In this document: positions 1-9,560 of the stretch, piece by piece | Layout of the letters: every line of letters starts with the position of its first letter | Position numbering within the stretch: the stretch's first letter is position 1 | NCBI GenBank assembly: GCA_046595815.1 | Contig: JBKJSN010000019.1 | Location: 4,936 to 68,935 of the forward strand | Length of the DNA: 64,000 nt | Source: Mycobacteriales bacterium | GTDB lineage: Bacteria; Actinomycetota; Actinomycetes; Mycobacteriales; SCTD01 | Reading direction: 5' to 3' | Position numbers and translations under genes: made by a program | The notes under the pieces: model-generated | Seen by the model: the letters and a program-made list of their open reading frames with translations, nothing else | The model's database searches: none | What the model was told of the DNA's origin: nothing

Positions 1-288
1 CGAGGGAACCGAGATGCGAAGGCTGGTCGCGAGATAGGCCCAAGCCTTCAGGCAGGCGGCGTAGGGCTGCGCGCCGCCCTGTGCGGTGTAGTCGAGCAGG
101 GCCACCCCGCCGAGGGAGGCGGAGTCCGAAGCCGAGCGGTTCAGTCGACGGTCCTGCCGTACGGCGGAGATGTCGACGACGATCGCGGCGAAGCCGATGA
201 GGACGAGCACCAAAGTGGCGTACAGAACCGCGTAGACACCACTTTCGCCGTCGGCGGGATGCAGCCGTCGACGCATCAGCTTGTTCAT
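1..288 (-). CDS. TadG/Tad-domain pilus-associated protein, N-terminal part (runs off window start)
   Basis: Hand translation from ATG at 288 (ATGA overlap with the TadE-like stop): MNKLMRRRLHPADGESGVYAVLYATLVLVLIGFAAIVVDISAVRQDRRLNRSASDSASLGG. Prepilin-like G followed by a hydrophobic helix, then VD and a D-x-A-x-L-x-G pattern typical of Tad domains. Confidence 0.75.
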   Translation of the reverse strand, partial: MNKLMRRRLHPADGESGVYAVLYATLVLVLIGFAAIVVDISAVRQDRRLNRSASDSASLGGVALLDYTAQGGAQPYAACLKAWAYLATSLRISVPS

Positions 289-827
289 TCGAACTTCCCC
301 TCGTACGGCGTCACGGAGACCGCGTCGAGGTGGATCTTCGGGTTGATGAACAGCACGAAGAACTGGATGTCGCGCAGCAGGACGGTCTGCACGTAGGTCG
401 TGTTGCCGATCGGTGCCGTGGCCGTGCTGGGGCACGCGCCGGTGGCAGGTGAGCCGCCGTTCTCGGAGTAGCGGCTCGCGTTGGTTGCGTTGCCGGCCCC
501 GTCGGTGACCACGATGGCCACGCAGCGGTAGTCGTACCCACCGATGGGGTTCGCGACATTCCCGACGGACTGGCGCAAAGCGTTGTCAACGGCAGTTATC
601 CAGGTTTGGGTGCGAGCGGCGAGAGTCCCGCCCGCGATGCCCTTGATGTCGTAGGTCGCGCCGTACCGGGAGGCCTCACGTGCCGCCTGGGTGACGTTGA
701 TCTGCCGGCTGAAGGCGGTTCCGGTGGTGATGATCCCCAGCGCCAGGATCATGAAGATAGGGAACAGCAGAGCGAACTCCACCGCAGCGGCCCCGTCGTC
801 AGCCTGTGCTCGTCGGAAGGGACGCAC
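285..827 (-). CDS. TadE-like pseudopilin
   Basis: DDGAAAVEFALLFPIFMILALGII...AAREASRY motif. Start trimmed to GTG at 827, after a G-rich SD-like tract. Confidence 0.85.
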   Translation of the reverse strand: MRPFRRAQADDGAAAVEFALLFPIFMILALGIITTGTAFSRQINVTQAAREASRYGATYDIKGIAGGTLAARTQTWITAVDNALRQSVGNVANPIGGYDYRCVAIVVTDGAGNATNASRYSENGGSPATGACPSTATAPIGNTTYVQTVLLRDIQFFVLFINPKIHLDAVSVTPYEGKFE

Positions 828-937
828 CGTGCCACCCCCCTTGCCGTCGGTCACCGCCTGCCCCCTGCAGCCGTGTCCTGCAGGGCAATGTAGAGCGCAT
901 CGCGCCTCTGCGCAGGAAATGGGCAAGATCCGATTTG

Positions 938-2434
938 TCATCCGTAGGCCACCGTCGTCACGACGCGCGCCCGGTGTGTGGGTTGGGACCACAGTGAGAA
1001 GGTGTTGAGCAGCGACTTGCCGGCCAGGCAGGCGACGGCCACGCAGGCGGCCAGGGCGGCCACGGTGGACCCGGAGGCGCCAGCGCCGCCGAAGGCCAGC
1101 CCCGCCCAGGTCGTCGCCAGCGCGAGGCGCAAGGAGTAGATGGCCATCGTCGCCGGTGGGGCGGGGGTGTCCCGCGGGCCACGAAGATCCGCCTTGTGCG
1201 GTTGTTGCACCGACAGGCGGCCGCAAGCAGCCACCACCAGAAGCGTCGTGCCGACGATGCTGCCCACGAGTGCGATGACCTCAGCTGTGCTCGGCCACTC
1301 GCGTACCTGCGTCGCCGCGAGGCCGACCGCGAGGAGCACCGCGATCAGACAGGTCTGTCCGATGACGACCAACTTGGCCACGAAAGTGTCCCGCGGGCGA
1401 TGGGGGAGCGAGGCCACCCACAGGGCCCCCGCACCGTCGAGGCAGAAGGCGTTCACCCCGAAGAGCAGGCCTGCACCTGCTGCCACCAGCCCGGGCAGCA
1501 GCGCCAGGGAGGGCCAGGTCGGGTGGGCCAGCATGGCCACTGCGCCAGGCAGTACGGCGAGCACCAGGCAGCCGCGGCGCAGGGCCGTCGAACGCCACAC
1601 CGACGCCTGGTCGATCGCGACGAGCTCGGCGAGGCCGCTGCGCCGGCTCGCGCGCCGTTGCACCGGTGCCAACTCTGGGCGGCCGAATGGCGCCGTACGC
1701 CGAAGTGCCCAGCCGCAGGCCAGCGAGCCCAACCGGGCACCAGCCACAGTGAGCAGGAGCATCGCCCCGGTCACGGGTGCCCACGCGCGGTGGTCGCCAG
1801 CGGCGCCGGAGAGCGCGGCGATGACGACCTGCTGAGTGGGCGCCTGGTCGAGCAACGTCGTGGCAGTGCCGGTGGCCAGGACCGCCAACCCCAGCAGCAG
1901 GAGCACCAGGCCCGCCGCGCGCGTGGCCTGGCGCCCTGCCTGCCGCTGTCGCACGCCCACCACAGCCCAGGCGGCCGCCTGACCCACCACCGTGCACATG
2001 ACGATGAAGGTCGCGGTCGTGACGAGCGCGAGCGCCAAACGCGGTCCGCGTTCCGCGATCGCCGAGATCACGCTGACGAGCACGAGCGTCTGGAGGAGCC
2101 AGGCGAGGTTGAGCGGCGCCGTGACCAGGGAGCCGGCGAAGACCGTGCGAGGCTCGATCGGGTAGGCCACGAGCTGCCCCTCGGGGAACAGCTCGTTGCC
2201 GCCGCCAGCGACCAGGGGCGCGACGACGGTGAGCGCTGCGAAGGCGAGGAAGACCGTCGGGGCCAACAGGGCGAGGTCGAACAGGCGTTGGCTGGGCGGC
2301 AGCCGCTGGCCCAGGACGATGCCCTGCACCAGGAGCAGGCCGAGCAGAGCGAGCAGCGCCAAAAGGCCCCGACGGGTACGGCGGGAACGCACCATGCGCC
2401 AGCGCAGGCCGACTAACGCCTGCAGCTGGCTCAT
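938..2434 (-). CDS. Multi-pass membrane protein, putative ABC-2-type permease
   Basis: 498 aa with many hydrophobic segments; YPI and W..SLP..P...F..K internal motifs resemble ABC-exporter permeases. Confidence 0.6.
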   Translation of the reverse strand: MSQLQALVGLRWRMVRSRRTRRGLLALLALLGLLLVQGIVLGQRLPPSQRLFDLALLAPTVFLAFAALTVVAPLVAGGGNELFPEGQLVAYPIEPRTVFAGSLVTAPLNLAWLLQTLVLVSVISAIAERGPRLALALVTTATFIVMCTVVGQAAAWAVVGVRQRQAGRQATRAAGLVLLLLGLAVLATGTATTLLDQAPTQQVVIAALSGAAGDHRAWAPVTGAMLLLTVAGARLGSLACGWALRRTAPFGRPELAPVQRRASRRSGLAELVAIDQASVWRSTALRRGCLVLAVLPGAVAMLAHPTWPSLALLPGLVAAGAGLLFGVNAFCLDGAGALWVASLPHRPRDTFVAKLVVIGQTCLIAVLLAVGLAATQVREWPSTAEVIALVGSIVGTTLLVVAACGRLSVQQPHKADLRGPRDTPAPPATMAIYSLRLALATTWAGLAFGGAGASGSTVAALAACVAVACLAGKSLLNTFSLWSQPTHRARVVTTVAYG

Positions 2435-2438
2435 GGGG

Positions 2439-4235
2439 TCAGTCCTTCCCGCTCCCGCTGTAAAGCGCGTCGACCTCGGCCGCGAACTCCTTCATCACGA
2501 CGGAGCGCTTGAGCTTCAAAGAGGGCGTGAGTTGGCCACCCTCCTCCGTCCAGTCCACCGGCAGGACCGTGAACTTGCGGATCGCCTCGGCCTTGGAGAC
2601 CGCCTTGTTGGCCTCGTCGACGCCCTTCTGGATCTCTGCGAGCAGGTCGGGGTCCTTGGCGAGCGAGGCAGCGTCACCTGGTTTGTCGTGCGCGGCGCCC
2701 CAGGGGACGATCGCCTCGGCATCGAGCGTGACGAGGCAGGCGATGTAGGGCTGCTGGTCGCCGACAACCATGCACTGGCTCACCAGCGGGTGGGCGCGCA
2801 GGCGGTCTTCGAGCACGGCGGGGGCGACGTTCTTGCCGCCGGCGGTGACGATGAGCTCCTTCTTGCGCCCGGTGATCCGGATGTACCCGTCCTCGTCGAT
2901 CTCGCCGATGTCACCGGTGTGGAACCAGCCGCCGTGCAGGATCTCCTCGGTCGCAGCGGCGTTGTGCCAATAGCCGGTCATGATGTGCTGACCCGTCATG
3001 AGCAGCTCACCGTCTTCCGCGACACGCACGGTGACGCCGGGGGACGGCCGCCCGACCGTCCCGACCTTGATGTTGGCGGGCGTGTTCACCGTGCCGGCAG
3101 CAGTTGTCTCGGTCAGTCCCCAGCCCTCGAGGATCGTGACGCCGATGCCGCGGAAGAAGTGCCCGAGGCGGGCACCGAGCGGGGCGCCGCCGGAGACGGC
3201 CCAGGCGACCTGCCCGCCCATCGCCGCACGCAGCTTGACGTAGACCAGCTTGTCGAACAGGGCGTGCTGGGCCTTGGTGCCCAGCCTGACCGATCCGCGC
3301 TCGAGCCCTTCGCTGTAGGCGATGGCGACGTGCTCCGCGCGGTCGAAGATCTTGCCCTTGCCCGCGGCGTGGGCCTTCTGCTTCGCGGTGTTGTAGACCT
3401 TTTCGAACACCCGCGGCACCGACAGGATGAAGGTCGGCTGGAAGGTCCCGAAGTCGGCGAGCAGGTTCTTGATGTCGGCGGTGTGGCCCATGGTGGCGCC
3501 GGTCTCGACGCACGCCACCTCGATCAAGCGTGCGAAGACGTGCGCGAGCGGCAGGAACAACAGCGTGGAGCCTTCTGGGTTGAACAACTCAGGGAGCACG
3601 GCCGAGGCCGAGCGCCCGGTGTAGAGCAGGTGCCCGTGGGTGAGCTCGCAGCCCTTGGGGCGACCCGTGGTGCCGCTGGTGTAGATGATCGTGGCGAGGC
3701 TGGAGCTGTCGAGGGTGGCGCGGCGCGCCTGCAGCTCGCTGTCGGGAAGGCTCGCCCCGGCGGTCTTGAGGGCCTCGAGGTCGCCGGCGTCCAGGCCCCA
3801 GGCGTGCTTGAGGTCGGGGAGCTGGCCGCGCACGGAAGCCAGGGTCGCGGAATGCGCGTCCGACTCCATGAAGGCCGCGACCGCGCCGGAGTCGCCGAGG
3901 TTCCACTGCACCTGCTCGGCGGAGCTGGTCTCGTAGACGGGAACAGTGACGGCGCCTGCGGTCCAGATCGCGTAGTCGCACAGCGTCCACTCATAGCGCG
4001 TCTTGCTCATCAGGCCGACGCGCTCGCCGGGCTGGACGCCGCTGGCGATGAGGCCCTTCGCGACGGCGGCTACCTCGTCGGCGAACTCCCGCGCGGTGAT
4101 GGGGCTCCAGCCCGCGCCGTCCTTGCGCCTGAACACCACGGCGTCGGGGGTCTGGGTGGCGTGCCTGAGCACGGCATCGGGTAACGCCGCCGACTCGTCG
4201 ATGTCGACGGCCAGGGGGGTTGAGTACTCCTGCAC
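2439..4235 (-). CDS. fadD: Long-chain fatty acid-CoA ligase (AMP-dependent synthetase)
   Basis: IIYTSGTTGRPKG AMP-binding motif, GWGLTE, TGDIG, GRKKELIVTAGGKNVAP. Confidence 0.93.
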   Translation of the reverse strand: MQEYSTPLAVDIDESAALPDAVLRHATQTPDAVVFRRKDGAGWSPITAREFADEVAAVAKGLIASGVQPGERVGLMSKTRYEWTLCDYAIWTAGAVTVPVYETSSAEQVQWNLGDSGAVAAFMESDAHSATLASVRGQLPDLKHAWGLDAGDLEALKTAGASLPDSELQARRATLDSSSLATIIYTSGTTGRPKGCELTHGHLLYTGRSASAVLPELFNPEGSTLLFLPLAHVFARLIEVACVETGATMGHTADIKNLLADFGTFQPTFILSVPRVFEKVYNTAKQKAHAAGKGKIFDRAEHVAIAYSEGLERGSVRLGTKAQHALFDKLVYVKLRAAMGGQVAWAVSGGAPLGARLGHFFRGIGVTILEGWGLTETTAAGTVNTPANIKVGTVGRPSPGVTVRVAEDGELLMTGQHIMTGYWHNAAATEEILHGGWFHTGDIGEIDEDGYIRITGRKKELIVTAGGKNVAPAVLEDRLRAHPLVSQCMVVGDQQPYIACLVTLDAEAIVPWGAAHDKPGDAASLAKDPDLLAEIQKGVDEANKAVSKAEAIRKFTVLPVDWTEEGGQLTPSLKLKRSVVMKEFAAEVDALYSGSGKD

Positions 4236-4354
4236 GAAGGTCTCCTCAGAGGTTGGCCCCCTGAACCTAGCGCGTGACCTGCGTCACCGGCTCCCCCCAG
4301 GTCAAGCCCTCGTCCGAACCTGCCGAACCATCAAGCGTGGGACCTGACCTCAAC

Positions 4355-4912
4355 GTGGCGCCGCGTACGGCCGCCTGCCCCTCCTGCGGCGCGGGACTGC
4401 GCCCGGACGCCTTGTGGTGCTCGCTGTGCCATCAGGACCTGCGCCCTGCGCCCGCACCCGTCGAACCCGACCCGGCTCCGGCGCCGGTGTACGCCGGGCA
4501 CGACCCGTTGACCGCTCCGCTGCTCGACATGTTCCTCGCTCCTGCACCCGCACCCGCACCCGAGGCGACCGGCGTACCGGCTGTTCCTGAAACGGCCGCG
4601 ACCGCCGCTGCCGAGCCCGGGGCCGCGGTCACCTGGCCCTGCACCCTCTGCGGCGCCCAGAACGCTCTCGCGCTGGACGTCTGCGCAGCCTGCGGCAGTC
4701 CCTTCCTCGCCGGGGCCACCGAGCTCCCCACAATCGTGCTGCCCGGTGTCGGTGATCTGCGCAAGCTCTCTCGTGTGCACCGCGCCGGCGTTGCCTTCGC
4801 GGTGCTCCTCGCCGTGCTCCTCCCGCTGGCGTTGATCACCTTCCTGCTGACGGGGGAGCCCCCCAAGGACGGGACCGGGATCGAGACGACCGTCACGACG
4901 GTCGCGCCGTAG
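4355..4912 (+). CDS. Hypothetical membrane protein with two zinc-ribbon (CxxC...CxxC) modules
   Basis: CPSC..CSLC, Pro-rich linker, CTLC..CAAC, then a C-terminal TM helix. Start uncertain (4274 or 4355). Confidence 0.6.
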   Translation: MAPRTAACPSCGAGLRPDALWCSLCHQDLRPAPAPVEPDPAPAPVYAGHDPLTAPLLDMFLAPAPAPAPEATGVPAVPETAATAAAEPGAAVTWPCTLCGAQNALALDVCAACGSPFLAGATELPTIVLPGVGDLRKLSRVHRAGVAFAVLLAVLLPLALITFLLTGEPPKDGTGIETTVTTVAP

Positions 4913-4923
4913 TCTGCGGACCC

Positions 4924-5697
4924 GTGAGGGTCCATGTCGTCAGCGACGTCCACGGCAGCGTGGAAGCGCTCGAGCGCGCCTCGGACGGGGCGGACGCCCT
5001 CGTGTGCCTCGGGGACCTGGTGCTGTTCCTGGATTACCACGACCTGAGCGGTGGCATCTTCGCTGACGTCTTCGGCGTGGCGGCGACGGAGAAGTTGGTA
5101 GCCCTGCGCCGCGAGAAACGGTTCGACGAGGCCCGCGCCTGGTCGCGCTCGCTCTGGGAGGGGCTGGGGGACAACCCCCGGGATGTCATAGAGGGCAAGG
5201 TTCGAGAGCAGTACGCCGCGTTGTTCGCCGTGATGCCGGACCCGACCTACCTCACCTACGGCAACGTCGACGTGCCCGCCCTCTGGCCTGAGTTCACCCA
5301 GCCCCACCACCGGGTGCTGGACGGGCAGACCACGGTCATCGGCGGCCGGACTTGGGGCTTCGTCGGCGGTGGTCTGCAGACGCCCATGCGTACGCCGTAC
5401 GAGATCACGGACGAGGCGTACGCCGCGAAGGTGGCCGCGTTGGGCCCGGTGGACGTGCTGGCCTGCCACATCCCGCCCGACGTGCCGGAGCTGCTCTACG
5501 ACGTCGAGGCGCGGCGCTTCGAGCGGGGGAGCGCGGCGGTGCTGGAGTATGTGCGCGAGGTGCAGCCGTCGCTGGTGCTCTTCGGTCACGTGCACCAGCC
5601 GCTGCAGGCGCGCGTCCGGATCGGGCGCACCGAATGCGTGAACGTCGGCCACTTCCGGGGGTCAGGCGTCCCCTTCGTGCTGGAGTACTCGTACTAG
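4924..5697 (+). CDS. Calcineurin-like metallophosphoesterase
   Basis: SDVHG, GD, GNVD, HIPP and GHVH motifs. Confidence 0.9.
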   Translation: MRVHVVSDVHGSVEALERASDGADALVCLGDLVLFLDYHDLSGGIFADVFGVAATEKLVALRREKRFDEARAWSRSLWEGLGDNPRDVIEGKVREQYAALFAVMPDPTYLTYGNVDVPALWPEFTQPHHRVLDGQTTVIGGRTWGFVGGGLQTPMRTPYEITDEAYAAKVAALGPVDVLACHIPPDVPELLYDVEARRFERGSAAVLEYVREVQPSLVLFGHVHQPLQARVRIGRTECVNVGHFRGSGVPFVLEYSY

Positions 5698-5723
5698 GGT
5701 CGCGCGAAACAAGGAGGCGCCCC

Positions 5724-6158
5724 GTGGCTGACCAGGCGAGTTCGAGCATCACCATCGACGCCGAGCCGTCGGCTGTCCTCGACGTCATCCGCGACGTCGA
5801 GGCCTACCCCGACTGGACCGGGGGGATCGCCAAGGCGGTCGTGCTCGAGGCGGGCGACGGGGGTCCGAGGAAAGTGACCTTCTCGATGAGCCAGAGCGGC
5901 CTGTCGGATGAGTACACCCTCGTCTATGACTGGCAGCCGGACGGAGTCGAGTGGTCGCTGGCGGAGCCGAGCAAGCTGCAGAAGTCGCAGCGAGGTTCCT
6001 ACCGGCTCGCAGGGTCGGGCGGCTCCACCAAGGTGACCTACCTGCTCACCATGGACATCAAGGTCCCGATGATCGGGCTCATGAAGCGCAAGGCAGAGAA
6101 GATGATCATCGACTCCGCCCTGAAGGAGCTCAAGAAGCGCGTCGAGTCCCTCGGCTAG
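5724..6158 (+). CDS. SRPBCC/START-family (polyketide cyclase-like) protein
   Basis: AGGAGG SD then GTG at 5724; YPDW motif and C-terminal LKELKKRVE; usual neighbour of ArsA in actinobacteria. Confidence 0.85.
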   Translation: MADQASSSITIDAEPSAVLDVIRDVEAYPDWTGGIAKAVVLEAGDGGPRKVTFSMSQSGLSDEYTLVYDWQPDGVEWSLAEPSKLQKSQRGSYRLAGSGGSTKVTYLLTMDIKVPMIGLMKRKAEKMIIDSALKELKKRVESLG

Positions 6159-6190
6159 GGGCCAGTGAGTCATCGAATAGCCTCGCCTGC

Positions 6191-7366
6191 ATGCGCGTCC
6201 TGCTGTTCACCGGCAAGGGCGGCGTCGGCAAGACCACCACGGCGGCCGCGACCGCCGCCTTGGCTGCCTCGCGCGGCCTGAAGACCCTCGTGCTGTCCAC
6301 CGACCCCGCGCACTCCCTTGGGGATGCCCTCGACGTGCCGCTCAGCGGCAGCCCCACCGAGGTGCAGCCCGGCCTGTGCGCCATGCAGGTCGACGCCCAG
6401 CGGGCCTTCGAGCGCTCTTGGCGGGACATTCAGGACTACCTGCGGTCGGTGCTCGAGAAGGCCGGCGTCGATGCGTTGCAAGCCGATGAGCTGACGGTGC
6501 TCCCCGGCGCGGAGGAGGTGCTGGCGCTGCTCGAGCTGCGTCGCCAGGTCGCTTCCGGGCTCTACGACCTGGTCGTGGTCGACTGCGCGCCGACCGGCGA
6601 GACGCTGCGACTACTGGCCCTTCCCGAGGCCCTTCGTTGGTACGTCGAGAAGGTCTTTCCCACACAGCGGCGGGTGCTCAAAGCGGTCCGGCCGCTGCTC
6701 GGACGGGTGGCCCACGTCCCTGAGGATGGCGTCTTCGACGCGGTCGCCCGGCTGCACGCAGACCTGTCGGAGGTCCACGAGCTGCTCACGGCTCCCACGA
6801 CCTCTGTGCGCCTCGTGCTCACGCCCGAGGCTGTCGTGGTGGCGGAGTCCCGGCGGACCTTGACCTCCCTCGCCCTCTACGGCTTTCGCGTCGACGGCCT
6901 GGTTGCCAACCGGGTCCTGCCCGTCTCGAAGGACCCGTGGAACGCCGGCTGGGCGAGCGCCCAGGCAGTGCAACTGGCCCGCGTCCGCACGGATGTCGCA
7001 CCCCTGCAGGTGCGCGAAGGCCTTTATGCCGCAGGCGAACCCGTAGGCCATGAGGCGCTGCTCGCCTTCGCCGCCGACCTCTACGGCGACGACGATCCAG
7101 CCGCCGTCACACCCGCGGAGGACCTTCTCGCCGTACGGCGGACGACCGACGGTTTCGAGCTGTCCCTGGCGTTGCCGCTGGCCCGGCTCGAGGACCTCGA
7201 GCTGGCCCGCTCGGGTGATGAGCTGGTCATCACGCTGGCTGGCCATCGCCGTCACCTGGCGCTCCCGAGCGCCTTGCAGCGCTGCGACGTCGTCGGTGCA
7301 CGCCTGGCCGCCGGTCGCCTTCTCGTCTCGTTCACCCCCGACCCGACCCAGTGGAGGATTCCGTGA
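6191..7366 (+). CDS. ArsA/GET3-family ATPase
   Basis: GKGGVGKTT, STDPAHSLGD, DCAPTG, with a C-terminal HSP20-like extension. Confidence 0.92.
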   Translation: MRVLLFTGKGGVGKTTTAAATAALAASRGLKTLVLSTDPAHSLGDALDVPLSGSPTEVQPGLCAMQVDAQRAFERSWRDIQDYLRSVLEKAGVDALQADELTVLPGAEEVLALLELRRQVASGLYDLVVVDCAPTGETLRLLALPEALRWYVEKVFPTQRRVLKAVRPLLGRVAHVPEDGVFDAVARLHADLSEVHELLTAPTTSVRLVLTPEAVVVAESRRTLTSLALYGFRVDGLVANRVLPVSKDPWNAGWASAQAVQLARVRTDVAPLQVREGLYAAGEPVGHEALLAFAADLYGDDDPAAVTPAEDLLAVRRTTDGFELSLALPLARLEDLELARSGDELVITLAGHRRHLALPSALQRCDVVGARLAAGRLLVSFTPDPTQWRIP

Positions 7367-7373
7367 GCCAGCG

Positions 7374-7673
7374 ATGACGCAGCCCGTCGGCTCAGCGGCA
7401 GAAGAGGCCGCCAAGCTGTTCGCGGCAGCGCAGGAGTGGGCCCGAGCCCGGTTCGACCACGAGCACCTGGCCACGGGTTCGGCCGAGTGTCAGGTCTGCC
7501 CGGTCTGCCAGGCGATTGCTGCGCTGCGGCAGATCCGTCCGGAGACCGTCGAGCACCTGCTGGACGCCGCAGCCTCCTTCGTGGCAGGGCTGAAGTCCGC
7601 GTTCCCGCACGCGACACCGGACAGCCCTCGCAGCGCCGAACGGGTCCAGCACATCGACGTTCAGGGGGACTGA
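7374..7673 (+). CDS. Conserved hypothetical protein (CxxCPxC motif)
   Basis: GSAAEEAAKL and ECQVCPVCQ; sits between the ArsA-family gene and glucokinase as in many actinobacteria. Confidence 0.75.
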   Translation: MTQPVGSAAEEAAKLFAAAQEWARARFDHEHLATGSAECQVCPVCQAIAALRQIRPETVEHLLDAAASFVAGLKSAFPHATPDSPRSAERVQHIDVQGD

Positions 7674-7676
7674 GAC

Positions 7677-8621
7677 ATGGGTTTGGCGATCGGCGTGGAC
7701 GTGGGCGGGACCAAGGTCGCGGCCGGTGTGGTTGACGGTGACGGTCGCGTGCTGGCCAAGGCCAGGCGTCCCACCCCGTCGCAGTCCCCGGCGGACGTGG
7801 AGCAGACCATCGCTGCCCTCGTCGCCGAGCTTCGGCAAGACCATGAGGTCGTGGCCGTCGGCATCGGGGCGGCCGGCTTCATCGACGCGCACCGGGCGAC
7901 CGTCATGTTCGCCCCGAACCTCGCGTGGCGCGACGAGCCGCTGCGCGATGCCATGCATGCGCTCATCGATCTGCCTGTCGTGGTCGAGAACGACGCCAAC
8001 GCGATGGCCTGGGCCGAGCATCGGTTCGGAGCAGGCAAGGGAGAGCCGAACCTGGCGGCCGTCACGGTCGGCACCGGTATAGGCGGGGGGATCGTGCTCG
8101 ACGGCCGCCTCTACAGGGGTCGCTGGGGCGCGGGTGCGGAGTTCGGGCACATCCAGGTCGTGCCGGACGGACGCCGCTGCGGGTGCGGCCAGAACGGGTG
8201 CTGGGAGCAGTACTGCTCCGGGCGGGCGCTCGTGCGCGAGGCCCGCGAAGTGGCCGATGTGTGGCCCGGCCTCGGGGCCCGGTTGCTCGAGCTCGGAGGT
8301 GGCTTCCCCGAAGGCATCACCGGGCCGGCCGTGACCCAGGCAGCGCGCGAAGGGGACCCGGCGGCGCTGGAGTGTGTGCGCATCATCGGCGAGTCGCTCG
8401 GTCAGGGGCTCGCCAACCTCGCCTCGATCCTGGACCCGGGTGCGTTCGTGGTCGGTGGTGGCGTGGCTGAGGCCGGCGAGCTCCTGCTCGGCCCGGCACG
8501 GGCGGTCTTCTCCGCACGCCTCACGGGAGGCTCGCACCGGCCGCACGCCCCCGTGCTCCTCGCCAAGCTCGGCAACGACGCGGGCCTCGTGGGTGCCGCC
8601 GACCTGGCCCGCTCGGCCTAG
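7677..8621 (+). CDS. glkA: ROK-family glucokinase
   Basis: GVDVGGTK, ENDANA, GTGIGGG, EFGH...CGCGQNGCWE. Confidence 0.93.
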   Translation: MGLAIGVDVGGTKVAAGVVDGDGRVLAKARRPTPSQSPADVEQTIAALVAELRQDHEVVAVGIGAAGFIDAHRATVMFAPNLAWRDEPLRDAMHALIDLPVVVENDANAMAWAEHRFGAGKGEPNLAAVTVGTGIGGGIVLDGRLYRGRWGAGAEFGHIQVVPDGRRCGCGQNGCWEQYCSGRALVREAREVADVWPGLGARLLELGGGFPEGITGPAVTQAAREGDPAALECVRIIGESLGQGLANLASILDPGAFVVGGGVAEAGELLLGPARAVFSARLTGGSHRPHAPVLLAKLGNDAGLVGAADLARSA

Positions 8622-8623
8622 CG

Positions 8624-9553
8624 GTGCGGGTCGTCGTCGCGCTCGGGGGCAACGCGCTCACGCCCTCGGACGGGACGGGCTCCGTGGAGGAGATGCGCGA
8701 GGCGCTGCGGACGACGGCGGTGTCGCTGGCTGACCTCGTCGCAGCTGGCACCTCCCTCGTGCTCACTCATGGCAACGGGCCGCAGGTGGGCCGGTTGTTG
8801 CTGCAGCAGGAGTTGGCCGCGGGCGAGGTTCCGCCGATGCCGATGGACGTCTGTGGGGCGCTGTCTCAGGGACAGCTCGGCTATTTGATCGCCCAGGCGC
8901 TCGACAACGAGCTGCGTACCCGACACCTCGCGACGCGGGTGCTCTCCTTGGTCACCCAGGTGGTCGTCGCCGGACGCGACCCTGCCTTCCGCCGACCCTC
9001 CAAGCCGGTCGGTCCGTCGTACGAACGTCCAAAGGCGCAGGAGATCGCGCAGGCCACGGGGCACGTGTTCACCATCCAGCCAGACGGTCGCTGGCGGCGC
9101 GTGGTCGCCTCACCTCGTCCGGTGCGGCTGGTGGAGGAGGGACCCCTGCGAGCGCTCGTGGAGTCCGGGCACGTCGTGGTGGCCGCCGGTGGCGGCGGGG
9201 TGCCGGTGGTCGAGCACCGTGGCCAGTTGCACGGTGTCGAGGCCGTCATCGACAAGGACCGTACGGCGGGCCTGCTGGCCACCGCGGTCGGCGCCGATGC
9301 CCTGCTGGTACTGACCGAGGTGGAGCGGGTCCAGCTCGACTTCGGCACCGCACACGCACGGGAGGTCGACAGCCTCACGGTCGCCGAGGCCCGGCGGCTG
9401 CTGGGGCAGGGACAGTTCCCGGACGGGTCCATGGGGCCCAAGGTCGAGGCTTGTGCGACGTTCGCGGAGTTGGGCGGGCGGGCCGCGATCGGAGCCCTTC
9501 GCGACGCTGCTCAGGTGCTCGAGGGAAGGTCCGGCACCCACTTCCGCCGCTGA
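8624..9553 (+). CDS. arcC: Carbamate kinase
   Basis: VVVALGGNAL, THGNGPQVG, KPVGP, RRVVASP, GGGGVPV, EAVIDKD, GSMGPK. Confidence 0.93.
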   Translation: MRVVVALGGNALTPSDGTGSVEEMREALRTTAVSLADLVAAGTSLVLTHGNGPQVGRLLLQQELAAGEVPPMPMDVCGALSQGQLGYLIAQALDNELRTRHLATRVLSLVTQVVVAGRDPAFRRPSKPVGPSYERPKAQEIAQATGHVFTIQPDGRWRRVVASPRPVRLVEEGPLRALVESGHVVVAAGGGGVPVVEHRGQLHGVEAVIDKDRTAGLLATAVGADALLVLTEVERVQLDFGTAHAREVDSLTVAEARRLLGQGQFPDGSMGPKVEACATFAELGGRAAIGALRDAAQVLEGRSGTHFRR

Positions 9554-9560
9554 CTGGCAG

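Noticed and set aside
2196-4184. Long antisense ORFs (e.g. 2196-4184, 12555-14513, 30230-31843, 55184-56851, 57401-59518)
   Set aside because: Shadow ORFs typical of high-GC coding DNA; they lie opposite well-supported genes and carry no family motifs.
6191-7366. Arsenic-resistance interpretation of the ArsA-family ATPase
   Set aside because: No arsB/arsC/arsR nearby; the context is the conserved actinobacterial SRPBCC-ArsA-glucokinase block.
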